Source: Armatimonadota bacterium
Lineage (GTDB): Bacteria; Sysuimicrobiota; Sysuimicrobiia; Sysuimicrobiales; Kaftiobacteriaceae
Reading direction: 5' to 3'
DNA: 43,360 nucleotides
NCBI GenBank assembly: GCA_016193565.1
Contig: JACPRY010000124.1
Location: 1 to 43,360, forward strand
Under the pieces are notes generated by a model. The model was not told the DNA's origin, made no database searches, and saw only the letters and a program-made list of their open reading frames with translations. The position numbers and the translations under genes are program-made. Positions 35,195 through 43,192 of this stretch are shown in pieces. The stretch's first letter is position 1, and every line of letters begins with the position of its first letter.

Positions 35195-35330
35195 ACCCCA
35201 CCCCCTGAATCCTGTAGTTGGCCGTCCACGTATACTGAACCTAGACACAGAAACACCCGAATATAGCGCGTTGGCTTGAGGTCGCCCATTCCTTCGGGAC
35301 ATACGAGAGGAACTCCTTGCAGGCTCTTCG

Positions 35331-37496
35331 CTACTGCGTCTTCACGCCGAACAGGCGGTCGAGCTCTTCGATACCCATCAGCACTTCGCGGGGGTTGCTG
35401 CCCTGTGTAGGACCGACCACACCCTTCTCTTCGAGCTGGTCGACGATGCGCGCGGCGCGCACATATCCGATCTTCATCTTGCGCTGCAGCAGCGAGACCG
35501 AGCCGTAGCCCGAGCGGACGATCAGGCGAGCCGCCTCGACCAGAAGTTCATCCCCGTCTCCGTCGCCCTCGGCCGAGCTCTTCTCGGCGTGCATCAGTTT
35601 CTGGTCGAAGACCGGCTTGCCCTGAGACTTCCACCAGGTCACCAGCGTCTGGACTTCGCTGTCGGCGATGAACGTACCCTGAGCGCGCACGGGTCGCGGG
35701 GCGGCGACCGGCATGAACAGCATGTCGCCCTTGCCCAGCAGCTTCTCCGCGCCCGGCATGTCGAGGATCGTCCGGCTGTCGACCTGGCTGCTGACCGCGA
35801 ACGCGATGCGCGAGGGGATGTTCGCTTTGATCAACCCGGTGATGACATCCACCGACGGCCGCTGCGTGGCGAGCACCATATGGATGCCGGTGGCGCGGGT
35901 CATCTGCGCCAGCCGGCAGATGACGTCCTCGAAGTCGGCCGGCGCCACCATCATCAGGTCGGCCAGCTCGTCGATGATGATGACGATGTAGGGCAGGCGC
36001 TCCCCGTCGGCGAGCTGGTTGTACGCCTGGATGTTCCGCACGCCGGCCCTGGCAAAGCGCTCGAAGCGCTCCTCCATCTCCTGGAGCATCTGTTTGAGCG
36101 CGCCGGCGGCCGACCGCGGGTTGGTGACGACGGGCACGAGCAGATGCGGGATGTTGTTGTAGTTCGTGAACTCGACGCGCTTGGGGTCGATCATCAGCAA
36201 TCGCGCGTCGAGCGGCGTGCAGCGGAACAGCAGTCCCGCGATGATCGCGTTCAGCATCACCGACTTCCCTGAGCCGGTGGCGCCGGCGAGCAGGAGGTGC
36301 GGCATCTCCGCGAGGTCGGCCAGAATCGGGTGGCCGGCGATGTCCTTCCCGACCGCGACCGTGAGTGGCGTGGTGGCGCGCTGATACTCCTCGGTGGAGA
36401 GAATCTCTTTGATGTGGACCAGGCTCGTCTTCTGGTTCGGCAGCTCGATGCCGACCGCCGACTTGCCCGGGATCGGCGCCTCGATGCGCACGCTCGGAGC
36501 CGCGAGCGCTAGCGCAATGTCATTGGTGAGGCTGCTGATCTTCTGGACGCGCACGCCGGGCGCGGGTTGGACCTCAAATCGCGTCACGACGGGCCCCTGC
36601 TCCCACCGGATCACCCTGGCTTCGACGTCAAAACTCGCCAGGGTCTGCTCAAGCGCCCTCGCCACTTCCGCCGGATCCGTCTTGCCTTTGCCTCGTATCG
36701 CCGGAAGATCGGTGAGCAGCGAGAGGTGTGGGAGTTGATATCCGCCCGAGGGCACCTCGAGCTTCAACGATTCTTGTGTGGAGTCGGCCTTGGCGGGCTC
36801 GGGTCTAGGCCGACGGGCCCGTGATTCTACCTCCGCGTTTGGCGGTTCCACCGTGGCCACCGCCGCCATCTGCTCAACCGGTGATGGGGGAGGAAGGGAC
36901 GGTTCCGTCACTGGCACGGTATGCCGTGCCAGCCGCAACATCATAAGTTGAGCCAGACGTGTGAATCCAGCGGCGAGTGCCGCGGCGCCGGCCCGAAGCG
37001 AGGCGAGCGCAGCGGACACCGCGTTCTTGACGAGATCAAGGAGCTCTAGGAGCGACAGACGAGAAGCGAGCGCGATCCCGCCGATCACGGCCACGGAGAT
37101 GACGAGCCACAAGCCGATCTCTCCCAGGGACGCGCGAACGGCCCAGACCAGCCCACCGCCAATGAGCCCCGAGCTTTTGCCGGCAACAATCTCGCTGCCC
37201 GGCGCCACCCGGGCATGATAGGCTGTGACCCCAGCAAGCATGATCGCAGTCATCGCGACGATTTCACGGGTGACCCGGGCCTTCCCGCCCGCCACGATCA
37301 GGTATGCTCCCGCGGCCGCTGTGGCCATCGGAAGCAGCAGCGCAAGATCTCCGAGCAACAGTCGCTGCCACCGGCCGAGCACAACCGCCAGTCCCGTCGC
37401 CTTCGGCAAGAAAGACAGGGAGAGGAGCAACCCGGCAACGAGCAAGATGACCCCGGCCGCCGGCTTCCGTGATGTTGAGGACCGCTTCCTCGCCAT
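35331..37496 (-). CDS. ftsK: DNA translocase FtsK/SpoIIIE
   Basis: 721 aa. N-terminal TM helices, linker, motor domain with GATGSGKS and IIDELADL, and a C-terminal gamma winged helix (SLLQRKMKIGYVRAARIVDQLE). Confidence 0.92.
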   Translation of the reverse strand: MARKRSSTSRKPAAGVILLVAGLLLSLSFLPKATGLAVVLGRWQRLLLGDLALLLPMATAAAGAYLIVAGGKARVTREIVAMTAIMLAGVTAYHARVAPGSEIVAGKSSGLIGGGLVWAVRASLGEIGLWLVISVAVIGGIALASRLSLLELLDLVKNAVSAALASLRAGAAALAAGFTRLAQLMMLRLARHTVPVTEPSLPPPSPVEQMAAVATVEPPNAEVESRARRPRPEPAKADSTQESLKLEVPSGGYQLPHLSLLTDLPAIRGKGKTDPAEVARALEQTLASFDVEARVIRWEQGPVVTRFEVQPAPGVRVQKISSLTNDIALALAAPSVRIEAPIPGKSAVGIELPNQKTSLVHIKEILSTEEYQRATTPLTVAVGKDIAGHPILADLAEMPHLLLAGATGSGKSVMLNAIIAGLLFRCTPLDARLLMIDPKRVEFTNYNNIPHLLVPVVTNPRSAAGALKQMLQEMEERFERFARAGVRNIQAYNQLADGERLPYIVIIIDELADLMMVAPADFEDVICRLAQMTRATGIHMVLATQRPSVDVITGLIKANIPSRIAFAVSSQVDSRTILDMPGAEKLLGKGDMLFMPVAAPRPVRAQGTFIADSEVQTLVTWWKSQGKPVFDQKLMHAEKSSAEGDGDGDELLVEAARLIVRSGYGSVSLLQRKMKIGYVRAARIVDQLEEKGVVGPTQGSNPREVLMGIEELDRLFGVKTQ

Positions 37497-37499
37497 GCG

Positions 37500-38311
37500 C
37501 TACCCTCTGAAGGTCAGCGTCAACACGCCCGCGCCGACGATGAAACAGTACGCGGCAAACACACCCAATCGACCGCGGCGAACCCAAGACAGCAGCCATT
37601 TGATCGCCACGATTCCCGAGACGAGGGATACCGCGACACCGCGCATCCGACCGCAAGTTGCGATGGGCCGTATCCGAGCGCCGCGCCAGCCTGCAGATCT
37701 TTCAAGCCAAAGAGCCCTGCTCCGGCGACGGAAGGAATGGCGATGAGAAATGACAGCCTCGCGGCCTCATCTCGACGTAGCCCGACCCAGATGCCTCCGG
37801 CGATCGTGGCGCCCGAGCGAGAGATGCCGGGGATGATGGAGATGGCCTGCGTCAATCCCAGCACGGCCGCATCGGACACGCGCATCTCCGTGATCTGCCT
37901 GGTCCCGCGCTCCCGTGTGAACAGCAAGATCACTCCTGTCAGCATCAACTGGACCGCCACCCCGCGGAGCGAGCCGTACATCCGCTCGAACTGGTCGGCG
38001 AAGAGGAGCCCGATCGCGGCCGTCACTGCGGTGGCGAGCAGGATCAACCAAGCCAGGCGACGGTACGCAGTGCGCACGTCGCCCGGAGGGTGATCAAACG
38101 TGGACCACCATCCTGAGAGTAGTCGCCGGATGTCGTCCCGAAACAGCACGATGGCCGCCACCACCGTGCCGAGATGCAGGACGGCCTCTAAGAGGATCCC
38201 GGGACGAGGAATACCGAGGAAGGACTCTGCGAAGATCAGGTGTGCAGTGCTGCTGACCGGCAGGAACTCGGTCAGCCCTTGCACGAGGCCCAGGATGACC
38301 ATCTCAAGCAC
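37500..38311 (-). pseudogene. uppP: Undecaprenyl-diphosphate phosphatase (UppP/BacA) with a 1-nt frameshift near the 3' end
   Basis: LGLVQGLTEFLPVSSTAHL and PGISRSGATI motifs are intact. After ...QLAVG (about 37640-37665) the family-like C-terminus VAVSLVSGIVAIKWLLSWVRRGRLGVFAAYCFIVGAGVLTLTFRG continues in the -1 frame to TAG 37500-37502. Measured from the alternative ATG start at 38302, the span is 803 nt (2 mod 3). The called start is GTG 38311, with GGAG 7 nt upstream. Confidence 0.8.
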
Positions 38312-38349
38312 ATTGGCGCTCCGTAGAAAGGCACGTGGTCGGTGCGAAT

Positions 38350-38979
38350 CTAGGTTCGACTCTGGGGAATTCTGCGCCCTCTCTGAGGTTCCTTTCGGGT
38401 CAGGCGAGCGATCGTGCGGAAATCGCGCTTCAAGATCGCGGTCCAGTCTCGTCGGTACAGGGCCATCGCGGGGTGATAGAGAGGAAGGACGGTGACCCCA
38501 TCGACGGCCTGGGGCCGCCCGTGCACCTCTGTAATCTTCCGCCCGGGCAGGAAGTGCTCCAGCGCGATCCTGCCGAGCGTCACGACGAGCCTCGGCCGGA
38601 TCAGCTGCAGTTGTTGGGTCAGCCACGGAACGCAGGCCACAATCTCGTCCGGCGAGGGGGCGCGGTTGCGGCCCGGCGGAGGTCCGGACACCGGCCGCGA
38701 TTTCACGACATTGGTAATGTAGACTTCATCTCGAGAAAGCCCGATTGATGCCAGCAGTTCGTCCAGAAATTTCCCTGCCGCACCGACGAAGGGCTCACCC
38801 TTGAGATCTTCCCGACGTCCCGGCGCTTCGCCGACAAAGATGATCTCCGCGTGCGCCGACCCCACGCCCGGAACGGCCTGGGTGCGAGTGCGATGCAGAG
38901 GACACCGATCGCAGCGGCGGATCTGGGCGTGGAGCTGTGCGAGGGCTCGGACTTTGGACGAAGAGGGTTTGCACGGCAT
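38350..38979 (-). CDS. Family 4 uracil-DNA glycosylase
   Basis: RCDRCPLH (Fe-S Cys), GEAPGRRED, FVGAAG and a late HP motif (LPLYHPA). The likely start is ATG 38979; the track start at GTG 38988 lies in the repeat array. Confidence 0.85.
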   Translation of the reverse strand: MPCKPSSSKVRALAQLHAQIRRCDRCPLHRTRTQAVPGVGSAHAEIIFVGEAPGRREDLKGEPFVGAAGKFLDELLASIGLSRDEVYITNVVKSRPVSGPPPGRNRAPSPDEIVACVPWLTQQLQLIRPRLVVTLGRIALEHFLPGRKITEVHGRPQAVDGVTVLPLYHPAMALYRRDWTAILKRDFRTIARLTRKEPQRGRRIPQSRT

Positions 38980-39071
38980 CGGTAACACGGTAACACGGTA
39001 ACGCGATAACGCGAAACTACGAGATTGACCCAGTCGCGTTACCGCGTCTTCGCGTTACCGCGCTACCGTCA
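38980..39071. repeat. Inverted pair of octamer arrays (CGGTAACA-type / CGCGTTAC-type) between dapA and udg
   Basis: Left arm 38980-39017 (CGGTAACA CGGTAACA CGGTAACG CGATAACG CGAAAC), a 17-nt spacer, right arm 39035-39066 (CGCGTTAC CGCGTCTT CGCGTTAC CGCGCTAC), then CGTCA at 39067-39071. The left arm abuts the udg ATG. Confidence 0.9.
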
Positions 39072-39078
39072 GTATGGA

Positions 39079-39922
39079 TCAGACAGCGGCCAGCGCGAGC
39101 TCCTTGAGCACGGCCTGAATCTGTTCCTTCTCCTTCGGCGTCGCCTCGACGAGCGGAAGTCTGGGCTTCCCGACCTTGAAACCGCTGGCGTTGAGCGCCG
39201 CTTTCAGCGGCACGGGGTTCGATCTGCAGGGCCTTGCGGGCGTCCCCCCGCTCGTAGGAGCGCACCATCTCCTGGATCTCACGGCCGACCAGGTGCGAGG
39301 CCACACTGACCACACCGCTGCCGCCGACCGACAGGATCGGAAGGGTGAGGCTGTCGTCGCCGCTGTAGATGCGAAAGTCATCTTTCGTGCGGCTGCGGAT
39401 CTCCGATGACTGGTCCAGATTGCCGCTCGCTTCCTTCACCGCGGTGATGTTCGGAATCTCTGACAGCTTCGCGATCGTTTCGGGCAGGCAGTTGACGCCG
39501 GTCCGGCCCGGAATGTTGTAGAGCATGCACGGGAGCGGCGTCGACTCGGCGACCGCTCGGAAATGGGCGTACAGACCGTCCTGTGACGGCCGGTTGTAGT
39601 ACGGATTCACCAGAAGGATCCCGTCGGCGCCCGCCCGCTGCGCCTCCTTGGTCAGATGGATCGAGTGTTTTGTGTCGTACGTGCCGGTGCCGGCGACGAC
39701 GGCCGCCCGGCCGCCCACCGCTTCCTTCACGGTGCGCACCAGGCGGATCTTCTCGTCATCGCTCAGCGTCGGCGACTCACCGGTCGTCCCCGCGACGACG
39801 ATGCCGTCGGAACCATTGTCGATAAGGTGCTTGGCAAGCGCCGTGGCCTGCGTGTAGTTCACCGCCCCACTGTCGTCGAACGGGGTGGCCATCGCGGTGA
39901 GGACCCGCCCAAACTCTATCAT
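39079..39922 (-). pseudogene. dapA: 4-hydroxy-tetrahydrodipicolinate synthase DapA, disrupted near the 3' end
   Basis: The first ~233 aa are a normal DapA ([25 protein letters not shown]). After ARKALQI (junction at 39220) the frame is lost. The family C-terminus [46 protein letters not shown] lies in another frame ending at TGA 39079-39081. About 15 residues are missing, and the 844-nt span is 1 mod 3. Confidence 0.85.
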
Positions 39923-39955
39923 CTGAAATCCCCCCTTAACTGCGGAAACGAGGAA

Positions 39956-41203
39956 CTAACCCTCACTTTCGCGCTGCGATGCAACCTCCTTGGCAAGCTC
40001 GAACTCATCGTGAAGCGCCCTGAGCGCGCGTTCCATCTGGCCCCGGCGGACCAGGCATGAGATCGTGGTGTGCGAGTCCGCGGTCTGCAGGATGTCGACG
40101 CCGGAGGAGTGCAGCGCCCGGACGACGCGGGCCATCACACCGGGGCGCCCGCGCATCCCGGCGCCGATGATCGACACCTTCGCGCACGGCTCGCTCTTCG
40201 CTACATCGAACCCAACTCCGGTGAGAAGGTTAACCGCCCTCGACGCTGCCTCCTCCTGCACCGTAAACACCAGCACCTCGGGCAGCAGGTTGATGAGGTC
40301 GATGCTGATCCCGTGTTCCGCCAGCGATTGCAACGCGGCGAGCGGTTTGGCCAAATCCTGCTCCCGCGTGCGCGCGATTTTCAACTGCACCACGTCCGGC
40401 AGGTGTGTCAGTCCAATCACGGGCCGGCCGTCGATGATCGGTACTCCCAGCTCGGGTCCCTTCACGATCAACGTCCCTCCATTCGAGCGCCCCAGGCGCT
40501 TGATCACCAGCCTGACGGCATGTTCCCGACCGATGTCCGCCGCCCGAGGGTGCAGCACCTTCGCGCCCAGCGCGGCCATCTGCGAGACCTCATCGTAGGT
40601 CATCGCGTCAATCGGGCGCGCCGCGGGTACAAACTTGGGATCCGCCGTCATAATGCCTTCAACGTCCTTGTAGATCTCGACCAGATCGGCGCTCAGGGCC
40701 GCGCCGATAGCCACGGCCGTGGTGTCACTGCCACCGCGGCCGAGGGTCGTGATCTCACCGCCCTCCGTCACCCCCTGAAAGCCGGCAATCACGACGACCT
40801 CACCGCGGTCGAGGTGATGGTGAATCCGAGATGGATCGATGCGGAGGATGCGCGCGTCGGTGTATTCGTCGGTCGTCACGATCCCGGCCTGCGCACCCGT
40901 GAGCGCGACAGCCGGGCATCCGTGTCTCACCAGCGTGTGAGCCAGCAACGCGGTGGAGATGACTTCTCCGGTGGAGAGCAACAGGTCCTTGGTGCGGGGA
41001 TCGACCTGCGGGTCGACCTCGTGAAGCAGTGTCATCAGCGTGTCGGTGGCGTAGGGATCGCCTTCCCGGCCGATCGCGGAGGCAACCGCGACCACCTGCG
41101 CACCGTCGTCGCGGCTCTCGATGATCTGCCGGGCGGCCTCCTCCCGACCCTCGGCGGTCGCCAGCAGGACGCCGCCGTACTTCTGGACGATGACCCCCAT
41201 CAC
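39956..41203 (-). CDS. lysC: Aspartate kinase (DapG/LysC type)
   Basis: 415 aa. VQKYGG, GREGDPYATDTL, GRGGSDTTA, VEGIMTADP and two C-terminal ACT domains. The start GTG 41203 or ATG 41200 overlaps the asd stop. Confidence 0.9.
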   Translation of the reverse strand: MMGVIVQKYGGVLLATAEGREEAARQIIESRDDGAQVVAVASAIGREGDPYATDTLMTLLHEVDPQVDPRTKDLLLSTGEVISTALLAHTLVRHGCPAVALTGAQAGIVTTDEYTDARILRIDPSRIHHHLDRGEVVVIAGFQGVTEGGEITTLGRGGSDTTAVAIGAALSADLVEIYKDVEGIMTADPKFVPAARPIDAMTYDEVSQMAALGAKVLHPRAADIGREHAVRLVIKRLGRSNGGTLIVKGPELGVPIIDGRPVIGLTHLPDVVQLKIARTREQDLAKPLAALQSLAEHGISIDLINLLPEVLVFTVQEEAASRAVNLLTGVGFDVAKSEPCAKVSIIGAGMRGRPGVMARVVRALHSSGVDILQTADSHTTISCLVRRGQMERALRALHDEFELAKEVASQRESEG

Positions 41204-42228
41204 GCCCTGACTCTTGGCGCGAGGAGACCCATGCGGATCAGCGTCTCAGCAATCTGGATCGTGTTGAGCGCCGCGCCTTTCCGGAGATTGTCGGCGATCG
41301 CGAAGAAGGCGAGCGCACCCGCTCCGTCTTCGCGGATCCGCCCGACGTAGCAGGGATCGCGCCCGGCCGCCTGGAGCGTCGTCGGGTAGCGGTTGGTCCT
41401 GGGGTCGTCGATCACGTCAATCCCGGGTGCCCGGTCCAGGATCCGGCGGGCTGTCGACGGGTCCATCGGTCGTTCGAACTCTGCATGGACTGCCACCCCG
41501 TGTCCGACCAGCGTCGGGATGCGCACGCAGGTGATGCCGGCGCGGAGCTCGGGCGCGTCGAGCATCTTCCGGAGTTCTGAGGCGACCTTGACCTCTTCGC
41601 TCGTGTGATCGCCCTTCCACGAGCCGATCGCCGGGATCAGGTTGAGCGCGATCGGATGGGCAAACGCATCGCCGCGGGGCGCGACCGGTGGCTGGTGAGA
41701 TGCGACCGCCTCTCCCAGTTCCGTCCACAACTGCTCCACGCCCTTCTGCCCCGCACCGGAAACAGCCTGATACGAGCACGCGAATACCCGTCTGAGTTTC
41801 GCGGCCTTGTGCAGGGGCGCCAGCGGCATAGCGATCGTGGCGGTCGTGCAGTTGGGGTTGGCAATGATCCGCCGCCGCGCCTGGCGCAACGCGTCCGCGT
41901 TGATCTCGGGAATGACCAGCGGCACGTCGGGTTCCATCCGAAACGCCGCCGAGTTATCGATCACAGTCACGCCCAGCGATGCGGCGACCGGAACCCACCG
42001 CGTGGCGATCTCGTCGGGCGTGTCGAAGATCGCGGCGTCGAGATCTTTGAGGACCTCTTCAGAGATGGCTTCAACGATCGTATCGCCGATGCGTGTCCCG
42101 GCCGACCGGCCCGAGGCGATGAGGCGGACATCGGCCGCCGGGAAGCGCCGCTCCTTGAGGATCTTCACGACCTCACGGCCGACGGCCCCCGTGGCACCGA
42201 CGATTCCAACTCTAAAGCCGTCCATCAT
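41200..42228 (-). CDS. asd: Aspartate-semialdehyde dehydrogenase
   Basis: VGIVGATGAVG NAD-binding motif, active-site NPNCTT and SYQAVSGAG. The likely start is ATG 42228, with GGTAGGGGA 5 nt upstream. Confidence 0.92.
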   Translation of the reverse strand: MMDGFRVGIVGATGAVGREVVKILKERRFPAADVRLIASGRSAGTRIGDTIVEAISEEVLKDLDAAIFDTPDEIATRWVPVAASLGVTVIDNSAAFRMEPDVPLVIPEINADALRQARRRIIANPNCTTATIAMPLAPLHKAAKLRRVFACSYQAVSGAGQKGVEQLWTELGEAVASHQPPVAPRGDAFAHPIALNLIPAIGSWKGDHTSEEVKVASELRKMLDAPELRAGITCVRIPTLVGHGVAVHAEFERPMDPSTARRILDRAPGIDVIDDPRTNRYPTTLQAAGRDPCYVGRIREDGAGALAFFAIADNLRKGAALNTIQIAETLIRMGLLAPRVRA

Positions 42229-42271
42229 CAGATCCCCTACCCTATAGGTTTCCCTTTGCGCAGGCAACTTC

Positions 42272-42322
42272 CGCGATTACCCCTTCGCGTTATCGCGTTT
42301 TCGCGTTGCCGCGTTACCGTCA
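42272..42322. repeat. Octamer tandem array (CGCGTTAT CGCGTTTT CGCGTTGC CGCGTTAC) plus CGTCA between dapB and asd
   Basis: CGCGTT cores at 42286, 42294, 42302 and 42310 (period 8), with a degenerate CGCGAT unit at 42272. CGTCA at 42318-42322 lies 2 nt from the dapB stop (42325). Confidence 0.85.
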
Positions 42323-42324
42323 GT

Positions 42325-43131
42325 CTAGAGTTCCAGCAGTTTTTCGAGCCCGTATACCAGCCCAGACAGCGCCCGCGCCTTCCGCACCGCAAGCAGCAAT
42401 CCCGGCATAAACGAATCCTCGTTGATTGAATCGTGCCGGATCGTGAGCGTCTGCCCGGGCCCGCCGAAGATCACTTCCTGGTGGGCCACCAGGCCCGGCA
42501 GGCGCACGCTGTGCACGCGCACGTTGTCCGCCCGGCCCCCGCGCGCACCCGCGACCGTCTCATCCTCTTTGACAGGTGGGGCGGGCGCCTCGCCGCGTGC
42601 CGAGGCGATCAGGGACGCGGTCTTCACCGCGGTCCCTGAAGGAGCATCTCGCTTGCGATCGTGATGCAGTTCAATAATCTCGACGTGGGGAAAGTACTTC
42701 GCGGCCTGACGGCTGAACTCCATCATCAAGACGGCGCCGACGGCGAAGTTGGGCGCGATCACCGCCCCGACCCGACGGGCGTCAGCGAGCCCCGTCAGTT
42801 CGTTGATCTCATGGCTGCTCATGCCGGTGCCGCCGATCACCGGACTCACTCCCGACGCGATCGCCGCCCGAGCGTGCGCCACCGCGGCAGCCCCCGGAGT
42901 GAAATCGACGAGGACGTCCGGCCTGGCGGCCAGCGCTTCGTCGAGGCTCTCGGTGATCTTGACCCCTAGCGCGCCAGCGCCGGCCACGTCGCCGGCATCG
43001 CGCCCGATCTGATTCGCTCGCCCGAGCGCCGCGACGATCACCATATCGTCCTGCAGTGCCATCGTCCGGACCGAGGCGCGCCCCATCCGTCCGGCCGCCC
43101 CGGCCACTGCCACGCGAATCTTGTCTGCCAT
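42325..43131 (-). CDS. dapB: 4-hydroxy-tetrahydrodipicolinate reductase
   Basis: IRVAVAGAAGRMG NAD(P)-binding motif, EIIELHHDRKRDAPSGTA catalytic motif, and a C-terminal GLVYGLEKLL. The likely start is ATG 43131. Confidence 0.9.
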   Translation of the reverse strand: MADKIRVAVAGAAGRMGRASVRTMALQDDMVIVAALGRANQIGRDAGDVAGAGALGVKITESLDEALAARPDVLVDFTPGAAAVAHARAAIASGVSPVIGGTGMSSHEINELTGLADARRVGAVIAPNFAVGAVLMMEFSRQAAKYFPHVEIIELHHDRKRDAPSGTAVKTASLIASARGEAPAPPVKEDETVAGARGGRADNVRVHSVRLPGLVAHQEVIFGGPGQTLTIRHDSINEDSFMPGLLLAVRKARALSGLVYGLEKLLEL

Positions 43132-43145
43132 GGCGGTCGCCCTGC

Positions 43146-43192
43146 CCCTCACCCTCCCCCTCTCCCCGGCGGGGAGAGGGATGGGGTGAGGG
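43146..43192. repeat. GC-rich imperfect palindrome (REP-like hairpin) between the M16 peptidase gene and dapB
   Basis: CCCTCACCCTCCCCCTCTCCCC ggc GGGGAGAGGGATGGGGTGAGGG. The 22-nt arms pair as 10 bp + internal mismatch + 9 bp. There is no U-tract. Confidence 0.6.

Noticed and set aside
38312-38626. 105-aa N-terminal extension of track ORF 37520..38626 (MADPTTAADP...)
   Set aside because: It overlaps the 3' end of the UDG gene in another frame and is Arg/Pro/Asp-rich. UppP homology begins only at LEMVILGLVQGLTEFLPVSS, with a GGAG-GTG start at 38311.
39017-39220. C-terminal tail [22 protein letters not shown]... of track ORF 39017..39922 as part of DapA
   Set aside because: It is an out-of-frame translation. 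The conserved DapA C-terminus is encoded by the same DNA in a different frame (track ORF 39079..39381, C-terminal half).
9396-42322. The short repeat arrays as CRISPR loci
   Set aside because: The units are only 7-8 nt and directly abut each other with no spacers. The arrays have 4-6 units, and no cas genes are nearby.
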